Below are positions 51,476 through 63,880 of a stretch of 64,000 bases of DNA, in pieces; within the stretch, counting starts at the first letter, position 1, and each line of letters starts with the position of its first letter. Source of the DNA: Vicugna vicugna (Eukaryota); contig MU058241.1 in NCBI GenBank assembly GCA_013265495.1, forward strand, positions 372,001 through 436,000, written 5' to 3'. The translations under genes and the position numbers were made by a program. A model generated the notes under the pieces. It saw only the letters and a list, made by a program, of their open reading frames with translations. It searched no databases and was not told where the DNA came from.

Positions 51476-53309
51476 AATAGTAGTAATAATAATAGTTTAA
51501 TAATAACAATAAAATAGTAATTAAATATCAATACAAACTGGAACACATTCTAAATGGAAGCTAATTCCAGATTTGCTCTACTCCTGGAATATTTTTCCCA
51601 GGGAAGGTGTATTTCTGAGGTGTTTCACTGCTTGGTTTTTCCCACTTTTTTCCAAAATTACCCATCTGTTGATAATCTCTAAAGTGGAAGTTCTCAGTGC
51701 CATGGATTTGTGTCTTTGTCATCGTCTGGAATGTCTCTTCACGAGTGTCTGCCCCGAAGACAACTCCGAGACCCTGTGCCTTGTCTAAGCGTGGGCCGGG
51801 TCCTTCCTCACTGTTTAGAGCTCCCCCCGCCCAGCAAGGCGGGCACGCAGGTTGGACTAATGAGTCCACGCAAAACCCTCGGAGCAGGTTTAGCCACTGC
51901 ACGTTTCCCTTGGGCCGAGGCTCTCAGGAACCTCTAGACCTTTCTTTCTCTGCCTTTGGCTGCTTCTCTGGGAGAGGCCTGGGTGCTGGTCACTCAGGTC
52001 CTTGAGGAGCCATGACAGTCCATTTGACCACAGCGAATGTATAGACCACACCCACCTTGCCCCCACGTCCCTGACCTGCAAGTGGGACCCCCACAGTGGT
52101 GTTGGACTCCCAGGCCAGGCAGCGCTGTCGCTGATCAGGTAAGGGAGCAAAGACAAAATAAAAAGAACAGAGTCTACCGTCAAATAAGAGAAGGTGATAA
52201 ACTTTCACAGTCTTTCCCGTCATGCCCTGACTGTTTCTTAGTGCGACCTAGCTACTGTCTCATGTATGGTGTTTATTTCTGCGGTGATTTTTTTATTTCT
52301 CGTTCACTTCTTTCCAAGCCTCTGAGTGCCCATTTTTCATCTCCACTTGTGTTCTGGCTTTTCTCGCAGTCCTTGCTCTTCTTCCGTGGCCCTTTCCTCA
52401 GGAAATCCATCCAGATTTAATTGAGTCTATCTACTGTGTTAATTTATTTTATTTTATTGCCACAGGTTTGTGTGGCTTCCAAGTGGATGACTTTGTCTTA
52501 TTCATGTATATGGGGAATTTCCTTATTTCATGCTGGTTCTCTGGGGAGATATTACATGGAAAGGGGAAGGAGGGCCGGGGTGGGGCTGCCAGGCTTTTGA
52601 GGTGCTTGCCTAGAACACTCCTCTCCTGCCCTCTCCCTGAAGCCTGGCTTCTGGCCCGCACACGCCCAAGTCCCAGGCCATGTAAGAACCGTCTGTCTTC
52701 TGCGGATCCAGGGCTGCGGTTGCACCTTCCTCTACCCCGCCTCACCTCGCGGCAGCTTGCTCCCTGCATGGACGGGATGTTTGCATGCTTTGTCATTCAC
52801 CCCTGCGTCCCTCACCGCTCCGTGGTGTAGGCTCCATCTTTATAAACGATTTAAAAAGTGCATTCAATTTAGTAAAAGGTGAAATAGGGAGCTCAGAGCA
52901 ATCAGAGGTCAATGCACATTTGAAGCAACCACCTGAATTGAGCTGTTTCAACAGTTTCATTCTCTTCTGTCAAGCTTTGCCACATGGTTCCAGTCAGCTA
53001 ACTATTCCTTGATAGTCACTCATACAGAAGGGGGGAAAAGACTCTTTCCCTGGTGGAAACACAACTATCTCTGGGAAATGTAGTGGACAACATGAAAAAT
53101 CACTTCTCTCATTGACCTTCCCAAGTTGACCTGAGTTCAAGTCTGGCTAGTCCTCCCTACCGTGGATATGACTGCCAACATCTGAGTGAAATTCTACAAC
53201 CCCTCTATAGGAGGAGCTTGGGTGGCAAACATTATTGAAGGGAAAATGGAGAAAATGGAGGACATATTTGCACGTAAAAGCACAGAATCTTTAAGAAATA
53301 TGCTTTTGC

Positions 53310-53683
53310 TGTTACAGGTTTGCCTGCTTATCACTCAAGAATCCAATATTAAAAGACAAGTGTTGGGCAAGAGGAGAGACAGCTTTATCAAAGAAGCTGG
53401 AAGTCCTTGGGAGAAGGTGGACCCATGTGCCAAAGAACCAACTCCCACCTCCCCAGATTTGGCTCAGAGATTATACAGGGAAAAGAGGAAGGGGCTCTGT
53501 GCTGCAGAGGGGGCAGTCTTCTATTTTCAGAGATACTTGTCTTGATAATGTGATTCCAAGCAGCCATCAAGTCTTGCTTGCAAATGGAACATTATCTAAG
53601 TCATAAATCTCTGGCTAGCTAGTCCTGACTGCAAGAAACAAGGGACAGAATCAAAGAGCTGAGGGTCCCTAGTTATAGTCTCA
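53310..53683 (-). mobile_element. Solo ERV1-type LTR, 374 bp
   Basis: TG...CA termini; near-TSD ttgc/ctgc; left end shares 'agacaagtgtt..agctttat..aagctgg..gggagaag' pattern with the LTR at 31574. Confidence 0.7.
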
Positions 53684-55194
53684 CTGCCTCAGTGACATTC
53701 CCTACAACTGTGCAGACTCTGTGATTGTGGGACATACTCATGTTTGGCGTGTCTCTGATATCAACACGGAAAACATACTAGAAATGATCCCCCCCCCATG
53801 TAGTAAGAGGGAGGCATGAATGGGAAAAGTGGTCCAGAAATGCAGAATCACCACTGAGGTTATTAGTTAAGCCTTCTCATGTGTCACCATGGTGAGGGCT
53901 ACTGATTAGCTCAACTACCTGGGCTCTTCTCTGTCCCCATGTGCTAGAAAAAGCAGAGAGATGCAAGGTAATTGCAGAGAGATGGGGAAATGTCAATGGT
54001 ATGGAAAATCCACAAATTCATAGGTAGTCTGTGGATAATTGTACACTGCCTCCATCTGTGATATGCTTTGGACACTGTAAAGCAGTATGAAGATGGAGAT
54101 TATTGTTCATGGCTGTATGGTTAACAGCATTTTACTGTTTAAAGTAAGTGGTTCTCAAATGCATCCTTGCTTACATACAGATTTGATCCATGTCAAAAGG
54201 ACTTGCAGGGATGTCTGACTGTAGCTCTCCAGCAATTACACTTACCCTGACAACTGAAGATATTTAGTCAGCAGACAGCTGGTTGGAATTTACTGGAGCT
54301 CCTCTGCACAGGATTCCTCTCCTTTTCCTGACATCTGAACCCATAGCTCTGCCCCTACCTTTCGCCTGGCCTGTTCCTAGAGTCTCCTACTTTAAGACTT
54401 ACCTGTAAAGTCACTCTTTTTCTGGAAATAGAGCAGGGAAGAAAAAGGAGAAGAGGTTGAAGCAGTTTTCTGGGCAAGATGAAATGACTTGGCACGAAGC
54501 ATTGCTTCTTCGTCTTTCCGTCAGTGTCCGCAACAGCAGACGGAAGGAAATCCCTGGGTTTGGGGGAAGTGGTGGGCCTTGCTGCGCCCACTGATGAAAA
54601 CAGCCTGATCTCATCAACCACGTGTTCAAAATGCAGGGCTCCGGCAAGTTTTCTTTCAATTTAAAAACCTTATGCCTGCCGTCTCTTCTGTGTCTTGGTA
54701 TTTTTACTTGAAAGGAATATTTTGTGTTATTTTCACCAGGAAATTTCTTGCCGATCTCTCCAGTTACTGGTTGAAATATGATTCCATTGAGTTTATAGGT
54801 TTTGGAAAACTGGCTGAAATGAAGAGGGTGACACGCATATCAGATGTAATGTAAGGGCACTTCCTCTTGTCTGTCTTAGCATCACAATATTTCTAGAAAG
54901 AAATGCCATATAAATAGGATACACAAATGGTGACATTGGTTTAATGCTTTACCACGTGTCAGGGTCATCTCTCAGGAAAGAGGTACAAATTTCCTAAAAT
55001 GCCTGGAGGACGCCGTGTAGTATTTTTAGGTCACATTGGAGAAGTCGTTGATCATTTTCTAAGAGCAAAAGCTTCTGGTTTTATTAGTTTCGCGGTTTAT
55101 ATTCTATTGATTTCTGCCATTATCTGTGTTCTTTTTTCCTGTTAATTTGAGCTTATTTTTCTTTTCTTAGTTTCCTATTGTGCAAGCTTAGATC

Positions 55195-55400
55195 AGAGAT
55201 CAGCAGACTATGGCCCAGTGCTTGTTCCTATCAGTAGTTTTTTGGAATCCAGTCATGGTCATTCCTTCTGCGTATTGTGTGTAGTTGTTTCTGTGCTACG
55301 TTAGCCGAGGTGAGAGGTTGCAGCCGAGGCGATACAGCCCACAAGGCCTAAAATATTTCCTACCTGGCCTTTCAAGAAAAAGCTTGCCAAGCCCTGGCTT
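55195..55400. mobile_element. MER58-like element within an antisense L1 remnant
   Basis: 'gcccacaaggcctaaaatatttcctacctggcctttcaagaaaaagcttgccaagccctg'. Confidence 0.75.
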
Positions 55401-56394
55401 ACGTCATTGCTTAGTGACCTTTTTTATTTTTATAGATAAGCCTTTAAGGCCCGTAGAGTCTGTCTAGGCACTGTCCTGTGTGCTTTGTGTAAGTCTGTCG
55501 ACATGTTGTGTTTTCCAGTGAGTTATTTAATTCCCAGATATTTGGTATGTATGTGTTGATTTCTGAGTTAGTTCCCTTATAGACACAGAACATCCTTTGT
55601 AGTATTTCAATATTTCTGAACCCCATGGGCCCAGCACTGGCTGTGTCTTGGTGGTCATTTTCTTCTAGTAGGTGCTGTGTCTCTGTCATGCAGTTCACTG
55701 AGATCTTGGCCCTGTCTTGTTTTTTTCCACTGCTACTTTTTCGGCCTGGGCCTGTGGCTCTTCCCTGGGCCCATGGGAGCTGACAGTTAGCCGAGTATTT
55801 GGGAAGATTTGGGACTTGCTCTCTCTGCTTGCCTGGCATCTAGGCAAATGATTACTTTCCATCTGCTCATCTGGCTTTGGGTTCGGGACTCTGACCCTTC
55901 AGGCTTTCTGCTGCGCAGGCTGTGCATGGTTGGAGAGTGTACTCAGTTAAGACAATCACTGCCTTGGCATGTTTTTGCTCCGTGATGCTCTGGTCTTTCC
56001 CCAGCGTTTCCCTGTGCCTTTGTGGCTGAGCTGTCCGAATGCCAGTGATTGAGGCAGGTTATGTTCTGAATTTGGATCCGTCAAGGGCTCTCGTGCTCCC
56101 ACGAGTTCCCGTTTGAGCTCCGGTGCCTTCCTCAGAGCCCTTTCCCAGCAAGGCTGTAGGTGTGCTCACGCTGTTGTCCACAGTCCTGGCCCTGGGGGTG
56201 CAGGGTGGGGGATCTGAGGCCGACAAGCCACAATCTATCAGTTCTTACTCTTACAGCTGCAAATGTTCAAGGTTAAACTCCCCTCCACTTTCCATCTCTT
56301 TTCGGGAGCTTTCAAGTATATTTTAAAGTTTAACCAAGTGCACGGAATCACTTCACTCTGCTGACATTACCAAAAACCTACTCCTACGTGAATG

Positions 56395-57050
56395 ATTTTT
56401 CAGTAAACTTTTTATTGAGGTAAAACACACATACAAAAAAGTGCTCACATCATGATTATACAGCACACTGAAATTTTCCTGGAATTAACACTTCTGTAAC
56501 TCATATAAAAAGTAGCAAATAATCAGTATTTCAGAAGCTCCCCGGGGGACCCTTCCAATGACTAACCCCTTCTCCCCAAAGGTCAGCCAGCTGCTGACTT
56601 CAAATACTATCACTTAGCTTCTTTTAAAATTTTATATAATTGGGATGATATAGAATGGACCTTTGGTCCCTGACTTCTTTGGCTCACAGTTATGTCTGTG
56701 GAATTCAGCCATGCTGTTCTGTGTAGAAGTGGTTTATATATATTCATTGTTTTATAGCTTTACATTGTGTGAATATAAAATAATTTACTTTTCCTCTGTT
56801 GCACTGCTGTTGGGCAGTAGTTGGGTTGATCTGTTGATGAGTTGTTTCCCATCTGAGGCCATTACGAAGACTGGCGCTGTGACTGTGCTTTGATGTGATG
56901 CCTGCTGGTGTTCACAGGTCAAATCCTGCTGCAGGTGCTCTTAGGAGTGGAATCCGTGGTTGGCGGGGTGTGCATGCCTTCAGCTTTGACAGACATTGCC
57001 AGACAGTTTTCTAAAGTGGTTGTGCTCTTTATCCTTCCTGGAGCAATGTT
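56395..57050 (-). mobile_element. L1MC/ME-like 3' region
   Basis: 'aactttttattgaggtaaaacacacatacaaaaaagtgc', 'ttaggagtggaat', 'ttgccagacagttttctaaagtggttg'. Confidence 0.75.
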
Positions 57051-57589
57051 CCTGCATGATCAGTTTTACGTTTTATTGGCTCAGTGACGGCTTCATGTAC
57101 CTACTGCTCAGGGCTCTCTGAGTGAAACAGTATACTCATTTCCATCTCCCCACCCAGACCCCACATTACTGAGCATTTCAGGACAGCCAGCCATCTGGAT
57201 CGACAACTACTGCCTAACTGCTGTTACCTATTTTTCTTTTTAGGACGGAAGTCTTATTTCTGGGAACCCCAGGCAAAGTCCGTGACACTCAGAATCTCTC
57301 TAGATTACAGACTGTTGTGACGTTCCCTCTTTATTTTATGTTTTATTTCAACTTTGTGGTTTAAACCCTTTATTTTAATCTGTAGAAAATAAAAACTTGA
57401 CTTGGTATGTTACCAAATAGTGCCTTGACAAGGATACTGATCACAAAACCCCAGAGTTTTGATAATTGTTTCATGTAGACTTCTCCATAAGGAATTTGTT
57501 CTTTTTACTCAGTTATTTCATCATCACAGTTGTAGCAGGACTCTGAAATAATGTATGTGAACAATTCATTCTTTACGTGGTGTGCAGAT

Positions 57590-58203
57590 GTAATGACACC
57601 TTCCTCTGCTAGGAGGCAGGATCCTCAGGTGGTCCCCAGATTCCTGCCCCTTCGTGTATGTTTTCATCCCTCATATGATTTCACACCTTAAAGGGTGGGC
57701 AGGGCCTAGGAATGTGAAGGGAGATCATTCCTGTGATTAAGTTGCTGGTCTGTTGACCTTGCGTAAATTGAAAGGGTGATTGATGTTCCTTGTGGGCCTG
57801 ACCTAATCAGGTGAGCCCTTAAGGGGGCCCGAGCTTTTCTTGAAGTTGGAGATACTGGAAATATGAGAAGGATTCTTGGGGGCCCCCTAGCTAAGGCCTG
57901 TGGGTGGCCTTATGGAGCTGAGAGTAACTTCCCGCTTACAGCCAGCAAGAAGATCAGGACGTCAGCTGCACAGACACAAGAAATGGATTCTTCCAACACC
58001 CAGTAAGCTTGAGAGGGGAGCCCCAGCTTTTAGATGCAGATATAGCTGCTGACACCTTAATTTTAGCCTGGTAAAACCCAGCACAGAGGAAATAGCCCCT
58101 TTGCCCTGAAGTCCTGATTCAGGGAAACCGTGAGCTAGTAAAAGGGGGTTGTGTTAGTTTGGTAAGACTATGGGAGCTTGTTACACAGCAATCGAACACT
58201 AAT
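57590..58203 (+). mobile_element. MLT1E/F-like MaLR LTR
   Basis: 'gggcctgacctaatcaggtgagccctt', 'ggagctgagag..acagccagcaagaa', 'ttacacagcaatcgaacactaata'. Confidence 0.8.
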
Positions 58204-59527
58204 AGGCCTCTTAGAAAAATACTGAGTCACAAGGTAAAAAATCATTTTATGTAAAAATGAGGTAGGGTTCTGTTCACACTTCCCCCAGAATCACATGTTG
58301 CAACTGGACCCTCACTGAAATAATTGGATTCTACTGTAGGGGTGCACTTTGCTCTCATGGACCTAAATTAGACTCAGAGCGAACACCCCAGTTATGGAAG
58401 CTACCCGTTCTCTCACTCACGTGTGACAGACACTGCACTTTTTCTGGCCAAAACGTCTTTCCTAGAACGCAGATTCAAATCTTCCTTCCCAAAATTTTGG
58501 AGAAGTCTGATGTTTCCGGCAGACCCTCGCCTATTACTCCGTGGCTCCTCCCACCCTTTGGTAAAGCACGCTTCCACATGTGCGAGGGCCAGAGTTCACT
58601 ACGTGGCCTCCGGGGGAGCTAGGCTGGCTGGCCTTGCGCCGTCACGGTCAACCAAGTCTGAAGCCACTGCCAAGAATGAGGATTCCAAGCACAGAGGAAC
58701 CGTGGAGACGCTGGACGGAACACCGGTAAAGAAAAACAGGCACTTGCTTGTGTAAACTTGGTAGTTTTTTTTTTTTTTTTTTTTGGCTGCATTGAGCTGT
58801 TTTTCTGTTGCACTGCATAATGTTTGAAGTCCATGGTCATGCTTAGGCAAAAAAAAAAGTAGAATTAGAGTTGTGGTTATGGCACACAGGCAGAGTGCAA
58901 ATACATCACTCTGGGGGTTTGAATTCTTACACGTTTTTGTTTAGTTACTGTTGAAACCCAGCTCTGGGACTTTTCACCTCTTAAAACATGAATATGGTAA
59001 GAGATCAAAGTAAAAACAGAGTGCAAATAAGGCCGATTTCTACCACTAGTGAGGAATTCTATGCCCAAGGGAGCTGCATTAAAAAAAAGTTGTCCAGCAG
59101 TAAATTTTTAAAAATTAAATTATTTGACTTTTTTTCTTTTCTTTTTCCTTTTTGTTTTCAAAAAAAAAAAAGTGGACTTTTAAGCAGGCTGAGAATGATT
59201 TGCTGCAGCTGAGTGTTTCAGTGTGTACTGACCACCTCCTTTCTCTGCTTCTTGTCTCGCTGGCCCCAGGGCTGAGCGTCAGTTACTTCTGTCTTGGGTC
59301 ACGCTGTTTCTTTTCCCCCAGGCACATGGCCAGCTGTCTTGACATACAGGAGTGTGACTTGTGCTGTCGGCGTTTTGGGGGGTCTGGTAAGCCAGTCCTC
59401 TTCCAAGGGCGCAAAGGGCACCACCCCCTCTGTGAGTTGGTTGATTGCTCTCTGGTCTCCCTTGCATTCTCCTTCCGCGTGTGCACCCATTTGTCGTTAA
59501 CAATAGACATCTGAGCACCTAGGACTC

Positions 59528-60010
59528 CTGTCGATGCCCATTCCTCATGAAGTCTGTATTTATGAATTCCTTCCTTGCGAAAATGTGTTTTTAACCCCAG
59601 ATCAATACAGCCACCGCTTTCAGGGTCGTTCACTGATGTGGGGAGACGTTCCCAGTGCACGTTGAACAGCGGGACCTCTGCCTGCCTGTGTCGGCTCTCG
59701 GACTGGACACGAGGGTCCTTTCGGTTGTCTCTGTAGTGCCACATTTTTTGTGTTTTTGTGCTGCTGCTTCCCCCCCCCCCCCCGGTGATTTTTGCCATTT
59801 AAAATGGTCCAGCCCAGCACTGAAGTGCTGTCTCGTGTCCCCATGTGCGTGCACCAGGGAGAAAAATCCGCGTGTGAGTCAAGCTTTCTTCAGGCCCCAG
59901 CTACAGTGCTGTTGGCCATGAGTCCAGGGTGAATGGATGTTTCCCCTCGGGAGCGTGGTTGGTATTTGCAAATTCCGTGCTGGCTGCAACTTGGGAGCGC
60001 GCGGCTCTGC
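59528..60010. mobile_element. MER82-like TcMar-Tigger element, internally deleted and GC-shifted
   Basis: 'tagtgccacattttttgtgtttttgtgct', 'ctgaagtgctgtct', 'agtgctgttggccatgag', 'tttcccctcgggagc' match recalled MER82 blocks in order. Confidence 0.75.
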
Positions 60011-61067
60011 GGGGCGCGCAGGTGAGCTGCGTTATGCTAGCTGGCGAGCGTCTCTGCTGATGAAAATCAGGCCCGTTTGCTCAGACCAGGTGCTTTCGTG
60101 TCAGTCCGTACGTCTATCTGTCTCTCTCACACTCCACATCTAACTGTGATGTGAGTCTGTAGGCTCTACCATTAAAATACATTATGCTGGAACGTAACTG
60201 CCTTTCCAACACCCGCTACCCCGCCCGTTCCCTGAACGGGGTTATTGCAGAAGCCTCCTCGCTGGGCTGCTGGCTTCTGCCCCGGATCCGCAGCTACCAG
60301 CATCCCGCTCCTCACAGACTGCATGGTTCCTCTGCTTAACACCCTCGTCAGAGCACAAATGGACTTCCGAAGAACTCGTGCAGTCTGACCTCATCCCTGA
60401 CGGTTACTTCCCTGCTTCCCTGTCCGTCTCTGCTCCCCTAGGCGGCCTCGGTGCGGTCCCCACACACAGCCCCGCCCGGCAAGAGTGTGGGAAGGGGCTG
60501 AGCAGACAGCATGGCCCCCAGCTCAGTGCAGGAGCTTGGAGACGTGTTCTTGAGGAGAGAACGTGTCTCACTCGTCTCCCTTGTGCCCGCGTGCACTTGC
60601 ACGCCCTCTGAAGCACGTGGGGAAGGCGGAGTACCTGTGTCCACGTGTTCCGGAGTGGTGGGTCCAGGAGGCAGGAAGACGCACTTTGAAGGCAGAAAAA
60701 CAACCAGTGTCATTTGTGACGCCTGTAAGGAGCCTGCAGTAGTGGCAGTGAGGAATCTAAAATTTCTCCTCCATCCCTGCATTTCTCCACCTGTGTGGAA
60801 CTCTTAGGATGTGACAAACGCTTAGTGGGGACTTGATGTAGGTTCCTTTATTTCACCCTAATCTCAGCCTCGAGGGGACTAACGGTACTTATCCTCATTT
60901 TGCATGATGGAAGGAGGCGTGGAGCCCACTTGCCTGCCTTCTGGGAACCCCAGCGTCCCCCTTCCGTCCTCGGAGCTTGTAGCCATGCTCTGCTCTGGTG
61001 AAAGGGCTTCCTTGTCTTGTGATTTATGTTGGTGAGAAGAAAGGACAGATTGTAAAATAGTAGGATA

Positions 61068-61363
61068 CTACCGTGAAACAGTAAACAATCTTACGGTTAC
61101 TGGGAGAAAGGGGGTGGGAAGGGATAAATTTTGAGATTTGCAAATATTAACAACTATATATAAAAATAGATTTTAAAAAACAAATTTCTTCTCTATAGCA
61201 CAGGAAACTATAATTAATACCTTGTAATAACCTTTAATGAAAAAGAATATAAAAATAAATGTATGTATGTATATACATGACAGGGATTTTATGCTGTACA
61301 CCAGAAATTGACACATTGTAACTGACTACACTTCAATAAAAATTCTTAAATTAAAAAATAAAA
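61068..61363 (+). mobile_element. Young 5'-truncated L1 with perfect 15-bp TSD
   Basis: TSD taaaatagtaggata at 61053-61067 and 61364-61378; 'gctgtacaccagaaattgacacattgtaactgactacacttcaataaa'. Confidence 0.93.
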
Positions 61364-61970
61364 TAAAATAGTAGGATAAACACATTATAGTATGTATTAT
61401 GATTTCTGATTGTTAATCCATGTGCCATATAGTTAATAAATGTCCTAAGAAGCTTTATTCTTTGAAGTTACACCACTTAGGACAATTCAATATGACCATT
61501 GTTGTCATTTCTATAAACATTAGGCAACAGCAGTTCCACGGTTGAAATAAGAATGCCTCATCGCGCCTTTTTTTAAATGAGAAACTTACATTCACATATA
61601 GCACATTTTCCAGGAACACGCATGACATGTGTTTCCTCTTTTGGACATTTATTTCAGAGGCAAATAGATACTTTAAATTAGTAAAAGAACATCATCGAAA
61701 GCCTGAGAGAACAGTTATTTTCTTCAGTTGATCCATTGGGAGAATGGAGACACCTGCTGAAAAGCATTCTTCATCTTTTTCTCTATTTCACCCACGTTTT
61801 AGATAGATATGCCATGTTCTTCTTAAGAAAAGAGCTGCATGGATAAAAAAGGAATGCTCCAAGACTTCCTTTGTTCCCTTTAGCCTTATTTATCCCTTTT
61901 ACTTCTTTGCACCATAACATCAGGACTTGTTTTGAATGAGAACCTTATCAACAATGAATTTGTACTCCTT

Positions 61971-62165
61971 TTTTTTAAATTGAAGAATACTTGATTTATA
62001 GTGTTGTGTTTGTTAGTTTCCGGTGTACAGCAGTGATTCAGTTATACATACATATATTCCTTTTCATATTCTTTTTCATTATAGGTTATTACAAGATACT
62101 GAATACAGTTCCCTGTGCTACACAGTAGGACCTTGTTGTTTATTTTAAATATAGTGATGTGTGCA
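61971..62165 (-). mobile_element. Short L1 3' end with degenerate 15-bp TSD
   Basis: TSD gaatttgtactcctt 61956-61970 vs gaatttgcacttctt 62166-62180; 'gaatacagttccctgtgctacacagtagg'. Confidence 0.88.
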
Positions 62166-62304
62166 GAATTTGCACTTCTTAATACTCAACAAACCAAATA
62201 TTTTTTTAGTGAAGGCTTATCTTCAAAGCGAGATTGTAAGTTTCTTTAATCTGGTCACCCAGATAAATGGGATGGAACTGTGCTGTAATGCACCCTCAGA
62301 CTGT

Positions 62305-62670
62305 TTCTATATATTTTGTTGCATAATAAACCATCCCCACACCTTAGTGACTTAGCACAGCAGTTTAGTTGTTCTCGTGATTCTGTGCCTGGGCTGGGTT
62401 CAGAGAGCTGGTCTTTGGCTTCCCATGCTGCTGGCTGGGGGTGCACACCTCTCGGGTCTTGACTATGCTGTGTTGTCCAAGATGGGGCTCCCATGCATGG
62501 CTGCCAGGCGGTGCTGTTGACCAGGACCTCAGCTGAGGCGGTCACTGCAGTGCCCCCAGTCTCCTCCACAAGGCCTTTCCATGCAGCTTGGGCTTCTCAT
62601 AGCGTGGTGGCTGGAATACAAGGAACAAGAAGCTTTTAGGCCTGGGCTTAGAATTCCCAGAGCATCATTT
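62305..62670 (-). mobile_element. MLT1H/I/J-like MaLR LTR
   Basis: 'ttgcataataaaccatccccacaccttagtgactta..gcagcttgggcttctcatagcgtggtggctgg'. Confidence 0.75.
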
Positions 62671-62679
62671 TATTATTAT

Positions 62680-62910
62680 TATTAGTTAATAAACTGTATT
62701 TTTCAGAACAGTTTTAGGTTCACAGCACAATTAATTGGAAAGCACAGAGAGTTCCCGCAGGGGCTCCCCACCATCTATACCCCCCACCAAAGTGGGACAT
62801 TTGTTGCAGTCAGTGAACCTACATTGACACGTCATTATCACTCAAAGTCTGTAGTTTACGTTAGGTTCCCTCTTAGGTGGTGTACATTCTGTGGGTTCTG
62901 ACAGACAGCA
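62680..62910 (-). mobile_element. L1MC-like 3' terminus
   Basis: 'tttcagaacagttttaggttcacagcacaatt..gaacctacattgacacgtcattatcactcaaagtc'. Confidence 0.8.
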
Positions 62911-63107
62911 TCATTTTTTGCTGCATTCTTTTTGCCAAAGCTGGTTCAAAGACCAGCCCAGCATGAAGGCAAGGAAAATAAAGTCCACCTGCTGATGTGT
63001 GGAGCAGATGTACATCCAGGAAGAGATATCTGGGGACTGTCTTTGGAGCCTCGTTCCCACAGACATGGAAACAAACAGACCCTGTGTTTTATAGCTTGGG
63101 TAGCTCA

Positions 63108-63287
63108 AGTCAGCATTTCTCATGCTTAAATGTGTGTAGATCCCCTGGGGGATCTTACTGAAACCCAGACATGTTTTATAGGTATGGGAGGGCCTCCTGA
63201 GATAGGGCTGGAGGTTCTGCGTTCGTCCCCAGCTACCAGCTGGTGCCAGGCTGTTAGTCTGTGAAGCACACTTTGAGTGGCAGAGGT
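63108..63287. mobile_element. MER5A-like element
   Basis: 'gatcccctgggggatcttactgaaa..cacactttgagtggcag'. Confidence 0.6.
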
Positions 63288-63654
63288 GACTGATTGCAAC
63301 ATTTTCAGCTTCCTGGTTGCCATGTGACAAGCCTCATTCTCTCCTGATACCGGCTTCATCCTCCTGTTTTCTCTACCTTTGAAGCTGGTAGGTAACACAG
63401 ATGTGGAAGAGCTTTCAATCCAAATTCAGGGTCATTCTCCCAGAGAAGATTTTGCTGACCACTCAGTTCCCCATTCATTGTCATAATTCATCTTAACCTG
63501 CCCACCCATGGGCGAATATTATAAAGCCCTTACAAATACATTGTATTTCTCCCTTGTTTATGTCTGTGGCTCCCTGCTAAGCTTTTGGTTGGCAGGGACT
63601 GTGGCACACTTACTTAGATTATGACCCCACGAGATTCAGTCCAGCAAGCACAGT

Positions 63655-63880
63655 AGTAATTACAGCCACCATAGCATGAATGCTTAGCATGTTCTAGACC
63701 TTGATAGGTCTTTTTGTTTGTTTTACCTTTTGCACAACAACCCTTGGGGGTAGACGGTTCTTATTTCCACATCACAGAGGAGGAAGATCACGTTCAGAGA
63801 AGTTAGCCCTGGGTAGTAAGAACAGCTGGAACTGACAGCTGGATGTGTCTGACTCATTGACCTGTATCCTCACCCACCAT
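63655..63880 (-). mobile_element. MIR SINE
   Basis: 'acaacaaccttgggggtagac..cacagaggaggaagatcacgttcagagaagtta'. Confidence 0.65.

Noticed and set aside
31574..53683. The two ERV1 LTRs as the ends of one provirus
   Set aside because: They have different lengths and TSDs, lie 21 kb apart, and no gag/pol/env lies between them.
57225..57330. Plus-strand acceptor 'tttttctttttag|GACGG'
   Set aside because: No good donor nearby and no recognisable peptide in the frames examined.
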